From Myxococcales bacterium (GTDB lineage Bacteria > Myxococcota_A > Polyangia > Polyangiales > SLQV01), in contig SLQV01000077.1 in assembly GCA_007131285.1 (NCBI GenBank), positions 1-57,603 of the forward strand: a stretch of DNA of 57,603 bases, written 5' to 3'. The notes beneath the pieces were generated by a model. The model did not search any database, was not told where the DNA came from, and worked only from the letters and a program-made list of their open reading frames with translations. Below are positions 40,419 through 49,630 of the stretch, one piece after another. Every line of letters starts with the position of its first letter. The first letter of the stretch is position 1. The translations under genes were made by a program, and so were the position numbers.

Positions 40419-41471
40419 TCAACCCAGCGAGAGACACAACGCGACTGGGTCGGCGCCTTGTGGGACCGTCTCGCACTGCGCTAGTCGCTGCTCTTTTAGC
40501 CACCAGGTGCCAGCCGGGAGACAGACGCCCTTGAGTCCCCGCTGCATTTCAGATCGAGCTTTCCTATAGGCGGTGCGCCAGGCATTGAGGACGGCGGACG
40601 CCGTACGCATCAGGTCCTTGCACCTCGCGACCAACGCAGGCTTGATGCGCTGAAAAGTGTCGTAGCGACTCGGCGCTAACGTTTTGGATTGCGAAGTTCC
40701 GAGCTGCTGTGCGCATTGCTGGCTCAGTTCAGGGCTACGGGGCCGCTCCAAGTGTGACTGGCGGGCAAGCCGGGCTCGCCCAAGCACTTTGCAGCCGCTG
40801 AAGCGGCGCGCCTCCGCCAACGCCGACTCCTGTGCCTCCACTTCGTCTAGTGCGCCTTTTAGAATCTCCCCCATAAAGCGCGCAGCCTCGTTTCGGTGTT
40901 CCGCTCCGTATAAGGAATGAGGCCGATAGAGCGTGATGCGATAGGTCGCCTGAGGGGGCAGCGTGCGCAAAGTCTTAACGGGCCTCGGCACAGTTTCCTC
41001 CACGCCCCCACGCGCCAGAACTTCGGCAAGCATCGCTCCCGTGGTGATGAGACCGGGCCACTCATCGTGGCGCTCGACAAGGCGTGCCTTCACAGGATTT
41101 GCAAGCAGATAGGCTAGCTCCGCGGTGGCAGCCGCCTGGCCGAGAATCATCAGGGCATTGTAGGGCTGGCGGTCGAACACCTCTCCCTCAATGTCGGGAT
41201 AGTGAGACTTTACCACACGGGCTAGATTACGGTTTAGCGTATGCATAAACTTCGGCAGCAGCCCAGAGGTATCGGTGAGCCACAGGTGGTAATGGTTTGA
41301 CATGAAAACTACGGCGTGAAGTTCGATATCAAAGGTGTCGGCTGCACACGCAAGGACGTACTTGAAGTCACGTACCAGCGCGGCCGTGGGGGTGAAGTGG
41401 AAGCGCCGCTCGGTGCAACGCCGCGCCACCACATACGATGTTCCAGGAAGGATGCGCCTCGGAAGAGTCAT
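40419..41471 (-). mobile_element. Y1/HUH tyrosine transposase (IS200/RAYT-like)
   Basis: PR...PG..Y.V..RC, MSNHYHL (HUH), Y...NPVKA.LV...EWP; GGAGG RBS before ATG 41471. Confidence 0.88.
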
Positions 41472-41530
41472 GTCGCCTCCTTCGGCCACCTCCCGTTACC
41501 GGTTGCGGGGCTTGAAGCTCCTAGGGAGCG

Positions 41531-41554
41531 TTGGGTTCTTGGGTTCTTGGGTCC
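41531..41554. repeat. 8-bp tandem repeat x3
   Basis: TTGGGTTC TTGGGTTC TTGGGTCC, upstream of the transposase. Confidence 0.7.
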
Positions 41555-41984
41555 ATCATCTTGATACAGCGCACTTCAAATTGAGCTTCGTTTCCTCGCG
41601 CATCGCCGCAGGGTTCATGCCCACGCCTCCGAGCTTCGGCGCTTGCGCGTCGTCCAGTACACGGTCGCGGACGCGCTCACACAACCCGCCTCGGTTGAAG
41701 GCAGAGCCTTGCAACACTTTGCATGTTTCCTAGACGCAGCGGGGTTTTAGGGCTCCGAGCAGCGCCAGCTGGGGTCGACGGATACCGCTCTGCGCGCCCC
41801 GCCAAACACGCGCGCTGCGCGTCACGCTAGTCCATGCGTCGCAGCCGAGAATCCAACGATTCGGAAGGTAGGCAGCCTTGGCTCACTCCTTGCGGTGCCC
41901 TTAAGCGCGGAGCGAAAGGAGACGAGCAGCTTCGCCTCCTCTTCACGCACTAGACCCCGGTTGTTTCGGGAGCAGGAGATTATC

Positions 41985-42134
41985 ATGGGCACCCTTCTTT
42001 TTTCACTATTCGGCCTCGTGACCGGAGTCATTGTCATCGTGTTTGTTGCCGGAGCTCTGCGCCGTCGGCGCGCAAACAATAGGCAAGCAACGCAATCTGA
42101 CAGCACGTCCGGACCATCAACAGCTACGCCCTAA
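41985..42134 (+). CDS. small single-pass membrane protein (49 aa)
   Basis: AGGAG RBS, ATG 41985, TM helix followed by RRRR. Confidence 0.6.
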   Translation: MGTLLFSLFGLVTGVIVIVFVAGALRRRRANNRQATQSDSTSGPSTATP

Positions 42135-42313
42135 ATCCGCAGCAGCACGCACTGCGCTTGGCTAGGGCGGCACCCACTGGCGGCGCCAAAAACCGCGCAT
42201 TCACGGATCTCTGAGGGAGCAAGGCCCACGGCCGCCGCCTCCGCCGGAGCAGTATCGTTCGAGCGGACACCATCCAATCGGACTCGACAAAGGAAAGCAC
42301 AGAAGGAACAGTT

Positions 42314-42871
42314 ATGGCATCGAACACATCGGTTATCTCGCTCGCGTCGTCCGAGGCACAGGCGGCAGGCATCGTCACAGACCTGCAGAACGCGGGCTTC
42401 TCCAACAGTGATATCTCTGCTTTGCTACCGGATAAGCGAGCAACACGGGACTTCGCTCACGAAAACAGTACCAAAGCCCCAGAGGGCGCTATCGGTGGTG
42501 TGGGCGCGGGCGGCGCAGTCGGCGGTACGCTCGGGCTTCTCGCAGGGGTTGGAGCACTGGCCATTCCTGGCGTAGGCCCCTTTATCGCCGCAGGGCCTAT
42601 CATGGCGGCGCTCAGCGGTGCCGCCGCGGGTGCAGCCGTCGGCGGCATCGCGGGCGCCCTCATCGGGATGGGGATTCCTGAAATCGAAGCTAAACAATAT
42701 GAGGAGAAGGTCAAAGGTGGCCGCATCCTGCTCTCTGTTCACGTCGACGACAGCGATAAGCGGTCTCAGGCTAAGAAGATTCTAGCGAACGCGGGCGCCG
42801 ATGATGTGGTGACTGTCGGCGAACAGGGCGTACCCGAAGCGCCACACGCCCAACACGCTGCGTCCCGTTAG
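42314..42871 (+). CDS. glycine-zipper general stress protein-like membrane protein
   Basis: GF...DIS, TKAPEGA, Gly zipper LAIPG.GP.IAAGP, GIPE.EAK.YE. Confidence 0.8.
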   Translation: MASNTSVISLASSEAQAAGIVTDLQNAGFSNSDISALLPDKRATRDFAHENSTKAPEGAIGGVGAGGAVGGTLGLLAGVGALAIPGVGPFIAAGPIMAALSGAAAGAAVGGIAGALIGMGIPEIEAKQYEEKVKGGRILLSVHVDDSDKRSQAKKILANAGADDVVTVGEQGVPEAPHAQHAASR

Positions 42872-43130
42872 CGCAGAGCTGGGGTCGGTTGGCGCGAAAG
42901 AGGATCGACGGTGGGTGGCGTTCTCGGGATCACGCAGTGCTGCTCGTGAAACCCACCTTCCATCTCAGCCCAAGCCCACCTCTCCGTCCCATATCTACGC
43001 CCTATCTTTCAGATTTAATGCTCACATGCTGGAAAACACGTTGCTGCGCAGCTACCGCGATCGCAGCGCGTCTTAAAGTATTACTACTGCGCGCACTGGA
43101 CTTACTAATCTCTTCTCATAAACTCCAAGC

Positions 43131-43754
43131 GTGAATAGCACCTACTTTGCGACCATGCGCCATTTAGCTACACAATCTGCAACCGCGCAACGAGCTAACC
43201 ACTCAACACCTTTATCTAGACAGATTTACCTGTGGTTAATGGCCGTTCTTTGCGTTTGCAACTTCTCCTGTGTGCAAGGCATCGAATCCGGCGATGATCC
43301 GGAGTTTCACGGCAAAAGCGATGACTCAATCTGGCTATTAACACCTGAAGCAGAGCCACACGAGACTCGGCCACTCTCACCTTACATCATAGATGAATTT
43401 GAAGGATGGCCCAATGGCTTCACCTGTGTAGCCGTTGCCGAAAATGGTTGGTGGTACGCACTTGAAGCCCCAAGTTTGTCAAACCTCTCTGGTTTACGGT
43501 TCTCTTTGAGTCGTGATTTAATTATGTTCGACCCATTAACATCGACAGGATATAGGATCCAAGTCCCGAGGGTGGGCCTTTCAACATTTGCTACTTATCT
43601 ATATTCTAAGCGAAAGGTTAAGGTCACGCTGGGCGCCCTGAACTATATTGGTCGGGCTTCAGCTAGCAAGCGGTATGTTTGGTACGAGCACGAAATGGAT
43701 ACTCCGAGCGGTGACATCGTTTTAAACAGAGCTGTCGCCGAATGCCAAAGGTAG
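43131..43754 (+). CDS. hypothetical putative lipoprotein, paralog 3 of the local family
   Basis: LCVCNFSC-VQGIESG, EGWPNG, AENGWWYAL, RDLIMFDP, C-terminal Cys; AT-richer DNA. Confidence 0.72.
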   Translation: MNSTYFATMRHLATQSATAQRANHSTPLSRQIYLWLMAVLCVCNFSCVQGIESGDDPEFHGKSDDSIWLLTPEAEPHETRPLSPYIIDEFEGWPNGFTCVAVAENGWWYALEAPSLSNLSGLRFSLSRDLIMFDPLTSTGYRIQVPRVGLSTFATYLYSKRKVKVTLGALNYIGRASASKRYVWYEHEMDTPSGDIVLNRAVAECQR

Positions 43755-43854
43755 TTAGGGGGCTCAAGGGTGTACACAGTTAAGCGAGCTGCATGCGCGG
43801 CTTAAGGGTCTGTGCTCGTGCACCCACGTAGGCAAGAACCTAGTCGTGCACCCT

Positions 43855-43918
43855 CTTTTGACAAGGCCGCTTTTTGACGAGGCCGCTTTTTGACAAGGCC
43901 GCTTTTTGACAAGGCCGC
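43855..43918. repeat. 16-bp tandem repeat x4 (VNTR-like)
   Basis: Unit TTTTTGACAAGGCCGC x4, with single-base variants in units 1 and 2. Confidence 0.92.
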
Positions 43919-44046
43919 GCAGCCGGCTCAAGTGCTTCATCGAATACGCATGCGTGGACCCGAAGCGCACAACGCCTGCGCTTTGGGCATGGGCGTATTG
44001 GAGTCGTGCCCGACGCAGACCGATTCCGGACAGGACTTATTCCGAG

Positions 44047-45219
44047 TCAGTTAAGGGTAAGGGCTACGCGAGCAGGGTGACGACGGTTGTCAAGACGCAC
44101 GGTGCGCAGAGCGCCCATGTCCTTGCTAGCCGCACTCTGCACGCGCTTGAAGCGGCGCAGTTTGTCTAAGTAGGGCGGCTCGCCTAGCTCCACTTGTACC
44201 GGAGGATCACTCACCAAGAGCCGTACACTGTGACCGTGGATGTGAATCTCTTGCAGGGGTGTGGAGCGGCGCAAGCCGACACGCGCATAGTCTGCCAGTA
44301 GCGCGGCAAGGCGGTCAGCGAATGCCTGGCGGGCCTCTTGTAACGGAACCGCGGAGCCACTGGCACGTCCCGATGCGGCAAGGGGCGACGTTCCAGCCGC
44401 AACGAGCGATGTCGTGCCGGTTCGCTCTGCGGCGCCCCTTGAATCGGCCCGAGGCTCAGCCGATGGATCTTCTAAACCTGAGTCTAGCTCGAAGAGGCCA
44501 TCGGGAGCACCGGTGACGAAGGGAATATCGAAGCGCTCGTCCAAGCTGAAACCAGCCAGCAATGCGCCATCGTCAGCCATGAGCTGCGGTAGACCTTGAA
44601 CAACGAGGTAGGCAAGTGGGGTACGCTCCTCGATAATGATATCGAGACCGTTTGGCAGGCGTCGCCGTGCCTGCGCCTTACGAATCCAAGGGTGCTGCAG
44701 TACGGCCTCCTCCACCACTGCGCCGTCAATCGCGAAGAGGTTCTGGCCAAGCGCGACGCCGCCCGCCTGCACTACCGTGGCTTCGCTCAGGCGTTCACAG
44801 CCCTCGACCCTTATGTCGGAGAGCGCGAATACGGGAGCGCGCCGCATAAAGCCTTCTAGCCATTCGCCCGCTTGCCACAGGCCAACGCCCAGTCCTATCA
44901 CCGCCGCAGCGCATCCAGCGATAAGCGCAAGCTTCACACCAAAACCAACCGGCCAGCGGCGCCCCTCTCGTTCCTGCGCACCTGAAGCCTGCGGTTGTCT
45001 CGCTGCCTGGCTTGCGCGCCGGGCATTCACGCCTGACGGTGCAATCATCCTCGACCCAATCCCCAGCTGCGGCGCCGTTGTCAAAGGCGGTGCGGTACGA
45101 TCCGCCGTCGACCGAGCAACCGAACGTGGCCGGTGCACGACGCTAGGGCCGCGTGCGTGATCTAAGCGCGCACGCGTTGCCTGCTTAACGTTACGCCTGG
45201 GTTTCGCTCTGCTTAACAC
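44047..45219 (-). CDS. ftsQ: cell division protein FtsQ/DivIB
   Basis: TM helix, POTRA domain (F....I.VEG, GQNLF, HPWI..A..RRRLP...I.IEER.P); follows murC. Confidence 0.88.
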   Translation of the reverse strand: MLSRAKPRRNVKQATRARLDHARGPSVVHRPRSVARSTADRTAPPLTTAPQLGIGSRMIAPSGVNARRASQAARQPQASGAQEREGRRWPVGFGVKLALIAGCAAAVIGLGVGLWQAGEWLEGFMRRAPVFALSDIRVEGCERLSEATVVQAGGVALGQNLFAIDGAVVEEAVLQHPWIRKAQARRRLPNGLDIIIEERTPLAYLVVQGLPQLMADDGALLAGFSLDERFDIPFVTGAPDGLFELDSGLEDPSAEPRADSRGAAERTGTTSLVAAGTSPLAASGRASGSAVPLQEARQAFADRLAALLADYARVGLRRSTPLQEIHIHGHSVRLLVSDPPVQVELGEPPYLDKLRRFKRVQSAASKDMGALRTVRLDNRRHPARVALTLN

Positions 45220-45281
45220 CGAGCCTTAACTTCCTCTGTGGCCGCCTCAACCAAACCCTCACGCGGCCTCACTCGCGCCCC

Positions 45282-46691
45282 TCAGCGCGGCAGCCTAGCA
45301 GGATGCGAGGGCATCCTGTCACATAACGCCGAGGCGAGTTCGCGTGCAACCTTGGAGATTGAACCCGCGCCTAAGCACACCAATACCTCACCCGGTGCCA
45401 CTTTGGCCAGCACATGTTCTGTTAAATGTTCAATGGGGCCGACGTGCTGCACATCACGATGACCACTACGGCTAATCCGGGCAGCAAGCGCGCTTGCGTC
45501 AATACCGGGCATAGGCGCTTCGCCCGCGGGGTAGATGTCCGTCAGCAGCAAGCTATCCGCCCCATCAAATGCCACCGCGAAGGCATCGAAAAGGGCAGCC
45601 GTGCGCGTGTAACGGTGGGGCTGAAAAGCGGCAACGATGCGCTGACCGGGGAAGGCCGCCCGAGCGGCGCGTAGCGTGTGCTCAATCTCAGTCGGATGAT
45701 GACCGTAGTCGTCTACGACCGCGACGGGCGCGTCCGGCGGCGTCAGCAGTGTAAACCGCCGGGCCACGCCGCCGAAGTTTGCAAGCGCCGTGAGCGCGAC
45801 CTCGCGGTCGATATTCAGCTCCCGCGCGACCGCGAGCGCAGCCAGGGCATTAAGGACCTGGTGGCGTCCGGGCATCGCCACCTGGCCGGACATCCGCTCA
45901 CCATCCACCTCAAATTCAAAGTGCGAGCTGAGCCCGCGCGCTTCCACGTCGCAGAGGCGAATATCCGCCTGCGGGCTTTCGCCGTAGGTGACCAGGCGCC
46001 GCTGAATCTGCGGCATGATCTCGCGCAGAGGCGGGTTGTCGCTGCAAGCGATGATGGTGCCGAAGAAAGGCACACGGTTGCAAAAGGTGACGAAGGCTTC
46101 TTTCAGCGCGGCATAGGAGCCGTAGTGCTCCAGGTGCTCTTCGTCGATATTGGTCACAACGGCGATGCACGGCGTCAAACGCAAGAACGAGCCGTCAGAC
46201 TCGTCTGCTTCCGCAACGAGCCAACCGCTCTCTCCCCGCACCCCGCCACTACCGAGCGCATTGAGACGCCCACCGATGACCACCGTCGGATCGAACTTGG
46301 CTTCACGGAGGATGGTTGCCACCAGCGAGGTTGTGCTCGTTTTCCCATGGGCTCCGGCAATTGCGATGCCGTCCTTTAGGCGCATCAACTGCGCCAGCAT
46401 TTCCGCTCGGGGAATCACGGGAACGCCCGCCTGCCGCGCCGTTTCAAGTTCGACGTTGTCTGACGCGATCGCCGACGAGTAGACCACCACATCTGCGCCC
46501 GTCACCTGCGCAGCCGCATGGCCCGCGAAACAGTGCACGCCCCGGCTTTCGAGATTCGCGGTGACATCGCTGAGTGCCCTATCTGAGCCGCTGACGCGAA
46601 AGCCGTCCGCCGCCAACACCTCGGCGATACCGCTCATCCCCGAACCGCCGACGCCAACAAAATGGATGTGCTTAATTTTCGAGCGGAACAC
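45282..46691 (-). CDS. murC: UDP-MurNAc--L-alanine ligase
   Basis: HFVGVGGSGMSGIA, GAHGKTSTT, EADESDGSF, DDYGHHPTE, FQPHRYTRT. GTG 46691 chosen as start. Confidence 0.97.
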   Translation of the reverse strand: MFRSKIKHIHFVGVGGSGMSGIAEVLAADGFRVSGSDRALSDVTANLESRGVHCFAGHAAAQVTGADVVVYSSAIASDNVELETARQAGVPVIPRAEMLAQLMRLKDGIAIAGAHGKTSTTSLVATILREAKFDPTVVIGGRLNALGSGGVRGESGWLVAEADESDGSFLRLTPCIAVVTNIDEEHLEHYGSYAALKEAFVTFCNRVPFFGTIIACSDNPPLREIMPQIQRRLVTYGESPQADIRLCDVEARGLSSHFEFEVDGERMSGQVAMPGRHQVLNALAALAVARELNIDREVALTALANFGGVARRFTLLTPPDAPVAVVDDYGHHPTEIEHTLRAARAAFPGQRIVAAFQPHRYTRTAALFDAFAVAFDGADSLLLTDIYPAGEAPMPGIDASALAARISRSGHRDVQHVGPIEHLTEHVLAKVAPGEVLVCLGAGSISKVARELASALCDRMPSHPARLPR

Positions 46692-47021
46692 GAGCAAGAG
46701 CCTAGCCGCAATCGCGCAGCTATGCCCAGAACCCTGCGACTCAATCTCGTGTCCGTCGACCTAGGCTCGGCCCGATGCAGCTCTCAGCTCGGTTCGCGCC
46801 GACGATCCCGCATGCATTCAAGGACGGGTCCGGCTCTAACCATCTCAGCCTTACACAGCCAGGCTTATCCCGGGCCCCCACCGGACGAATACGATCCGAT
46901 TCGCAACAGACCTACGTTCGCTTCTCGCACATCTTGCGCGCACTTCATCCAGGCCGGGTCCCGCCGGGCGCCGTCTCTCCGTCGTGCCGGGCTTCCGGTC
47001 AGATTCCGCCTATTTCTTCCG

Positions 47022-48161
47022 CTACTTGTGGTCGGCGGCGTAAACCTTGTAAAGGATGTCGGCAATCGTTGCAGCCGCGTGCGGGCGAGCGAGCACGCGC
47101 ATCTGGTGGGCGCGCCTGTCGAGCGTTTGCGCACTAGGGGTGCGGCCACTGCCCGCGCCTAAAAGCTCGGCGAAGGCGTGTACCGCCACCGGGGTCGCGA
47201 GGTCTGAATCGGATATCATCAGCGCTGCGCCATCGCGGCCGTAGTGCGCTGCGTTGGCGCGCTGATGGTCCGACGCGGCGTGGGGGTAAGGTACCACGAG
47301 GGCAGGAATGCCCAGGGCCGACAGTTCCGCCAACGTCAGCGCGCCGCCGCGACACAGCGCAACGTCCACGTCGTCGTACAAAGCGCCGGGCTCGCCGACG
47401 AAACCAAAGACATCCGCGTGCAGCCCCGCTTCAGCATAAGCACGCGTTACTGCATCAACCTCGCCTCGCCCTACTTGATGGCGAACCTCGACATCGAAGC
47501 GGCGCAGCACTTCTGGCGCATGCCGGTTGAGCGAGCGAGCGCCCTGGGAACCCCCGAGCACCAGCACACGGGGGCGCCGTACGCCCGGAATCCGGTTTGA
47601 GAATGGCGCCTGCGACTCACGTGCTGCCTCACGGGCAAACGCGTTGGAAAAGTAGGCACGCAAGGGGCTTCCCAGAATCCGCGCCCGTCGCCTCAGACGC
47701 AGCGGCAGCTCCAGGGGCAGCCCGGCAAAAAGCGCATCAGCATTGAGCGACAACAGGCGATTGCCTGCTCCGAGCACTGCGTTCTGTTCGAGCAGCACAC
47801 TGGGAATGCCTTCGAGCGCGGCGGCGCAGAGCAGCGGCACGGCCGAGTAGCCCCCGAGCCCGACGACCACCGCGGGACGGTCTTGACCACGCAACAACGT
47901 GCGCGCTTCGCTAACGCCCGACCGAAGCGCACGCGCGGCACGCACAGCACCGCCGACGCCAGCGCCGCGAAAAGGAAGGACCGCAAACGTCGTGAGCTCT
48001 TCACCGAGTTCGGGCAGCAGCCGGGCTTCGATGCCGCGTTCCGCGCCCGCGAAGACAACCCTCAATCCGCATTTGCTCCGCAACCGCTCAGCCAGCGCAA
48101 GACCAGGGAAAAGATGGCCGCCCGTGCCACCACCGGTCAGCAGTATCGTTGTCACGCTCAC
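47022..48161 (-). CDS. murG: lipid II GlcNAc transferase
   Basis: GGGTGGHLFP, GGY, EQN, GGSQGA, ELSALG.P...VP, HQ..NA. Confidence 0.95.
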   Translation of the reverse strand: MSVTTILLTGGGTGGHLFPGLALAERLRSKCGLRVVFAGAERGIEARLLPELGEELTTFAVLPFRGAGVGGAVRAARALRSGVSEARTLLRGQDRPAVVVGLGGYSAVPLLCAAALEGIPSVLLEQNAVLGAGNRLLSLNADALFAGLPLELPLRLRRRARILGSPLRAYFSNAFAREAARESQAPFSNRIPGVRRPRVLVLGGSQGARSLNRHAPEVLRRFDVEVRHQVGRGEVDAVTRAYAEAGLHADVFGFVGEPGALYDDVDVALCRGGALTLAELSALGIPALVVPYPHAASDHQRANAAHYGRDGAALMISDSDLATPVAVHAFAELLGAGSGRTPSAQTLDRRAHQMRVLARPHAAATIADILYKVYAADHK

Positions 48162-49501
48162 GAACGCGCGCTTCCTCGCAGAGGTGCCAAAGATGTCGAT
48201 AGTGCGCTCTGTTCAATGCGCGCGGTTGCGCGCGGCGCGCTTGCCGTGCGGTGGGCTTGCAACGCGCCGCTGCGCGTGTGTGCGCGGGAGACCGCGAGGA
48301 TGATCCCAACCGCTACACAGTCAACAAGCAGTGCCGAACCACCGTAGGATACGAAGGGCAGAACCAACCCCTTGGTCGGCAGGACCCCCATGGCGACCGC
48401 GAGGTTCGTCATGCCCTGGGCCGTCAGCAGGAAGGTCGCCCCGGCAGCAAGCAGGAGCGCAAACTCGGACGGCGCGAAGTAAGCGACACGCAGCCCGCGC
48501 CAGAGAATGACTAAGTAGGCCCCGATGAGTAGGATAATCCCGATCAAGCCCAGCTCTTCGCCAATAATGGCGCTGATAAAATCCGTGTGCGCTTCGGGGA
48601 GAAACAGAAGCTTTTGCTTGCTATCGCCGAGACCAACGCCGGTGACACCACCCGCACCGAACGACATCAGCGATTCGGCAATTTGATAGCCCGTGCCGTA
48701 GCGATGCTCGAAGGGTTCAAGAAACGCCTCAATCCGCCGCATACGGTAGGGCGAAAAGGCCACGAGCGCCCAAGCGATAGGCACCAGCGCCGCGGCACCA
48801 CCGAGAAGGTAAGCCGGTCTGCCGCCCGCCACCAGTAAGAGCACGAAAGCTAAGAGCCCAAGAATGACGGCGGAGCCAAAATCCGGCTGCTTAAGACACA
48901 AGAGCATCAGCAGGCCCGTGACAAGCATGTGTGGCAGAAAACCTACACTAAAGGTGCGAATCTTGAGCCGCTTCTGTGAGAGCGATGTCGCAAGCCACAG
49001 CACGAGCGCGAGCTTAGTCGCTTCTGCGGGCTGCACGTTAACTGGTCCGAGTGAAATCCAGCGAGCCGCGCCGCCCGCCGAACGACCAAAGCCCAATATA
49101 ACCGCCAGCAAAAGAAGCGCAGACCCGATAACGGCCGGCCAAGCGAGCCTGCGATACCAGCTTAGTGGCACCTGTGCTGCCGCGAGCATCAGGGTCAGCC
49201 CCGCGCCGGCGAAAAGCCCCTGGCGGATAAGGTAAAAGCGACTATCGCCGAAGTTCTTTTGCGCCCAGATGGCGCTCGCGCTGTAGACCATCACCACACC
49301 AAAGGTCACCAACGCAATGACGGTCGCCGCGAGCACTGAGTCGAAACCGAACGTGTTTCTACGCTCTGTGCCAAGTGCCCCCCCGTCGCGCACGTCAGCG
49401 TCGTGTACGTGAGCACTGGGACCCGCGGGCGGGCTCTGCTGCGCGTCGGCCGCGGGGCGATCGAAGGCGTGCGGCGCCACTGCGTGCTGCCTTAGCGACA
49501 T
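48158..49501 (-). CDS. ftsW: SEDS peptidoglycan polymerase FtsW
   Basis: MVYSAS, GAARW, QPAE..K, QPDFG, GYQ..ES, LPEAHTDFI..IIGEELG, PTKG..LPF.SYGGS. ATG 49501 chosen as start. Confidence 0.95.
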   Translation of the reverse strand: MSLRQHAVAPHAFDRPAADAQQSPPAGPSAHVHDADVRDGGALGTERRNTFGFDSVLAATVIALVTFGVVMVYSASAIWAQKNFGDSRFYLIRQGLFAGAGLTLMLAAAQVPLSWYRRLAWPAVIGSALLLLAVILGFGRSAGGAARWISLGPVNVQPAEATKLALVLWLATSLSQKRLKIRTFSVGFLPHMLVTGLLMLLCLKQPDFGSAVILGLLAFVLLLVAGGRPAYLLGGAAALVPIAWALVAFSPYRMRRIEAFLEPFEHRYGTGYQIAESLMSFGAGGVTGVGLGDSKQKLLFLPEAHTDFISAIIGEELGLIGIILLIGAYLVILWRGLRVAYFAPSEFALLLAAGATFLLTAQGMTNLAVAMGVLPTKGLVLPFVSYGGSALLVDCVAVGIILAVSRAHTRSGALQAHRTASAPRATARIEQSALSTSLAPLRGSARS

Positions 49502-49630
49502 GATGACCCAGCCTAGCTGAAAACGATCGCGCTGTCCCAAAAACCCCGGGCTCGACGCGCATCCGGGCCCCGCGTGTGCGGCTCGGAGCCTGAGCCGCAC
49601 ACGCGGCGACGCCAAGACCCCTCACGCGTC

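Noticed and set aside
43855-43918. Possible CRISPR array
   Set aside because: Contiguous 16-bp units with no spacers and no cas genes
46698-47021. ~325-bp gap between murG and murC as an ncRNA or gene remnant
   Set aside because: No recognisable structure, repeat or homologous peptide
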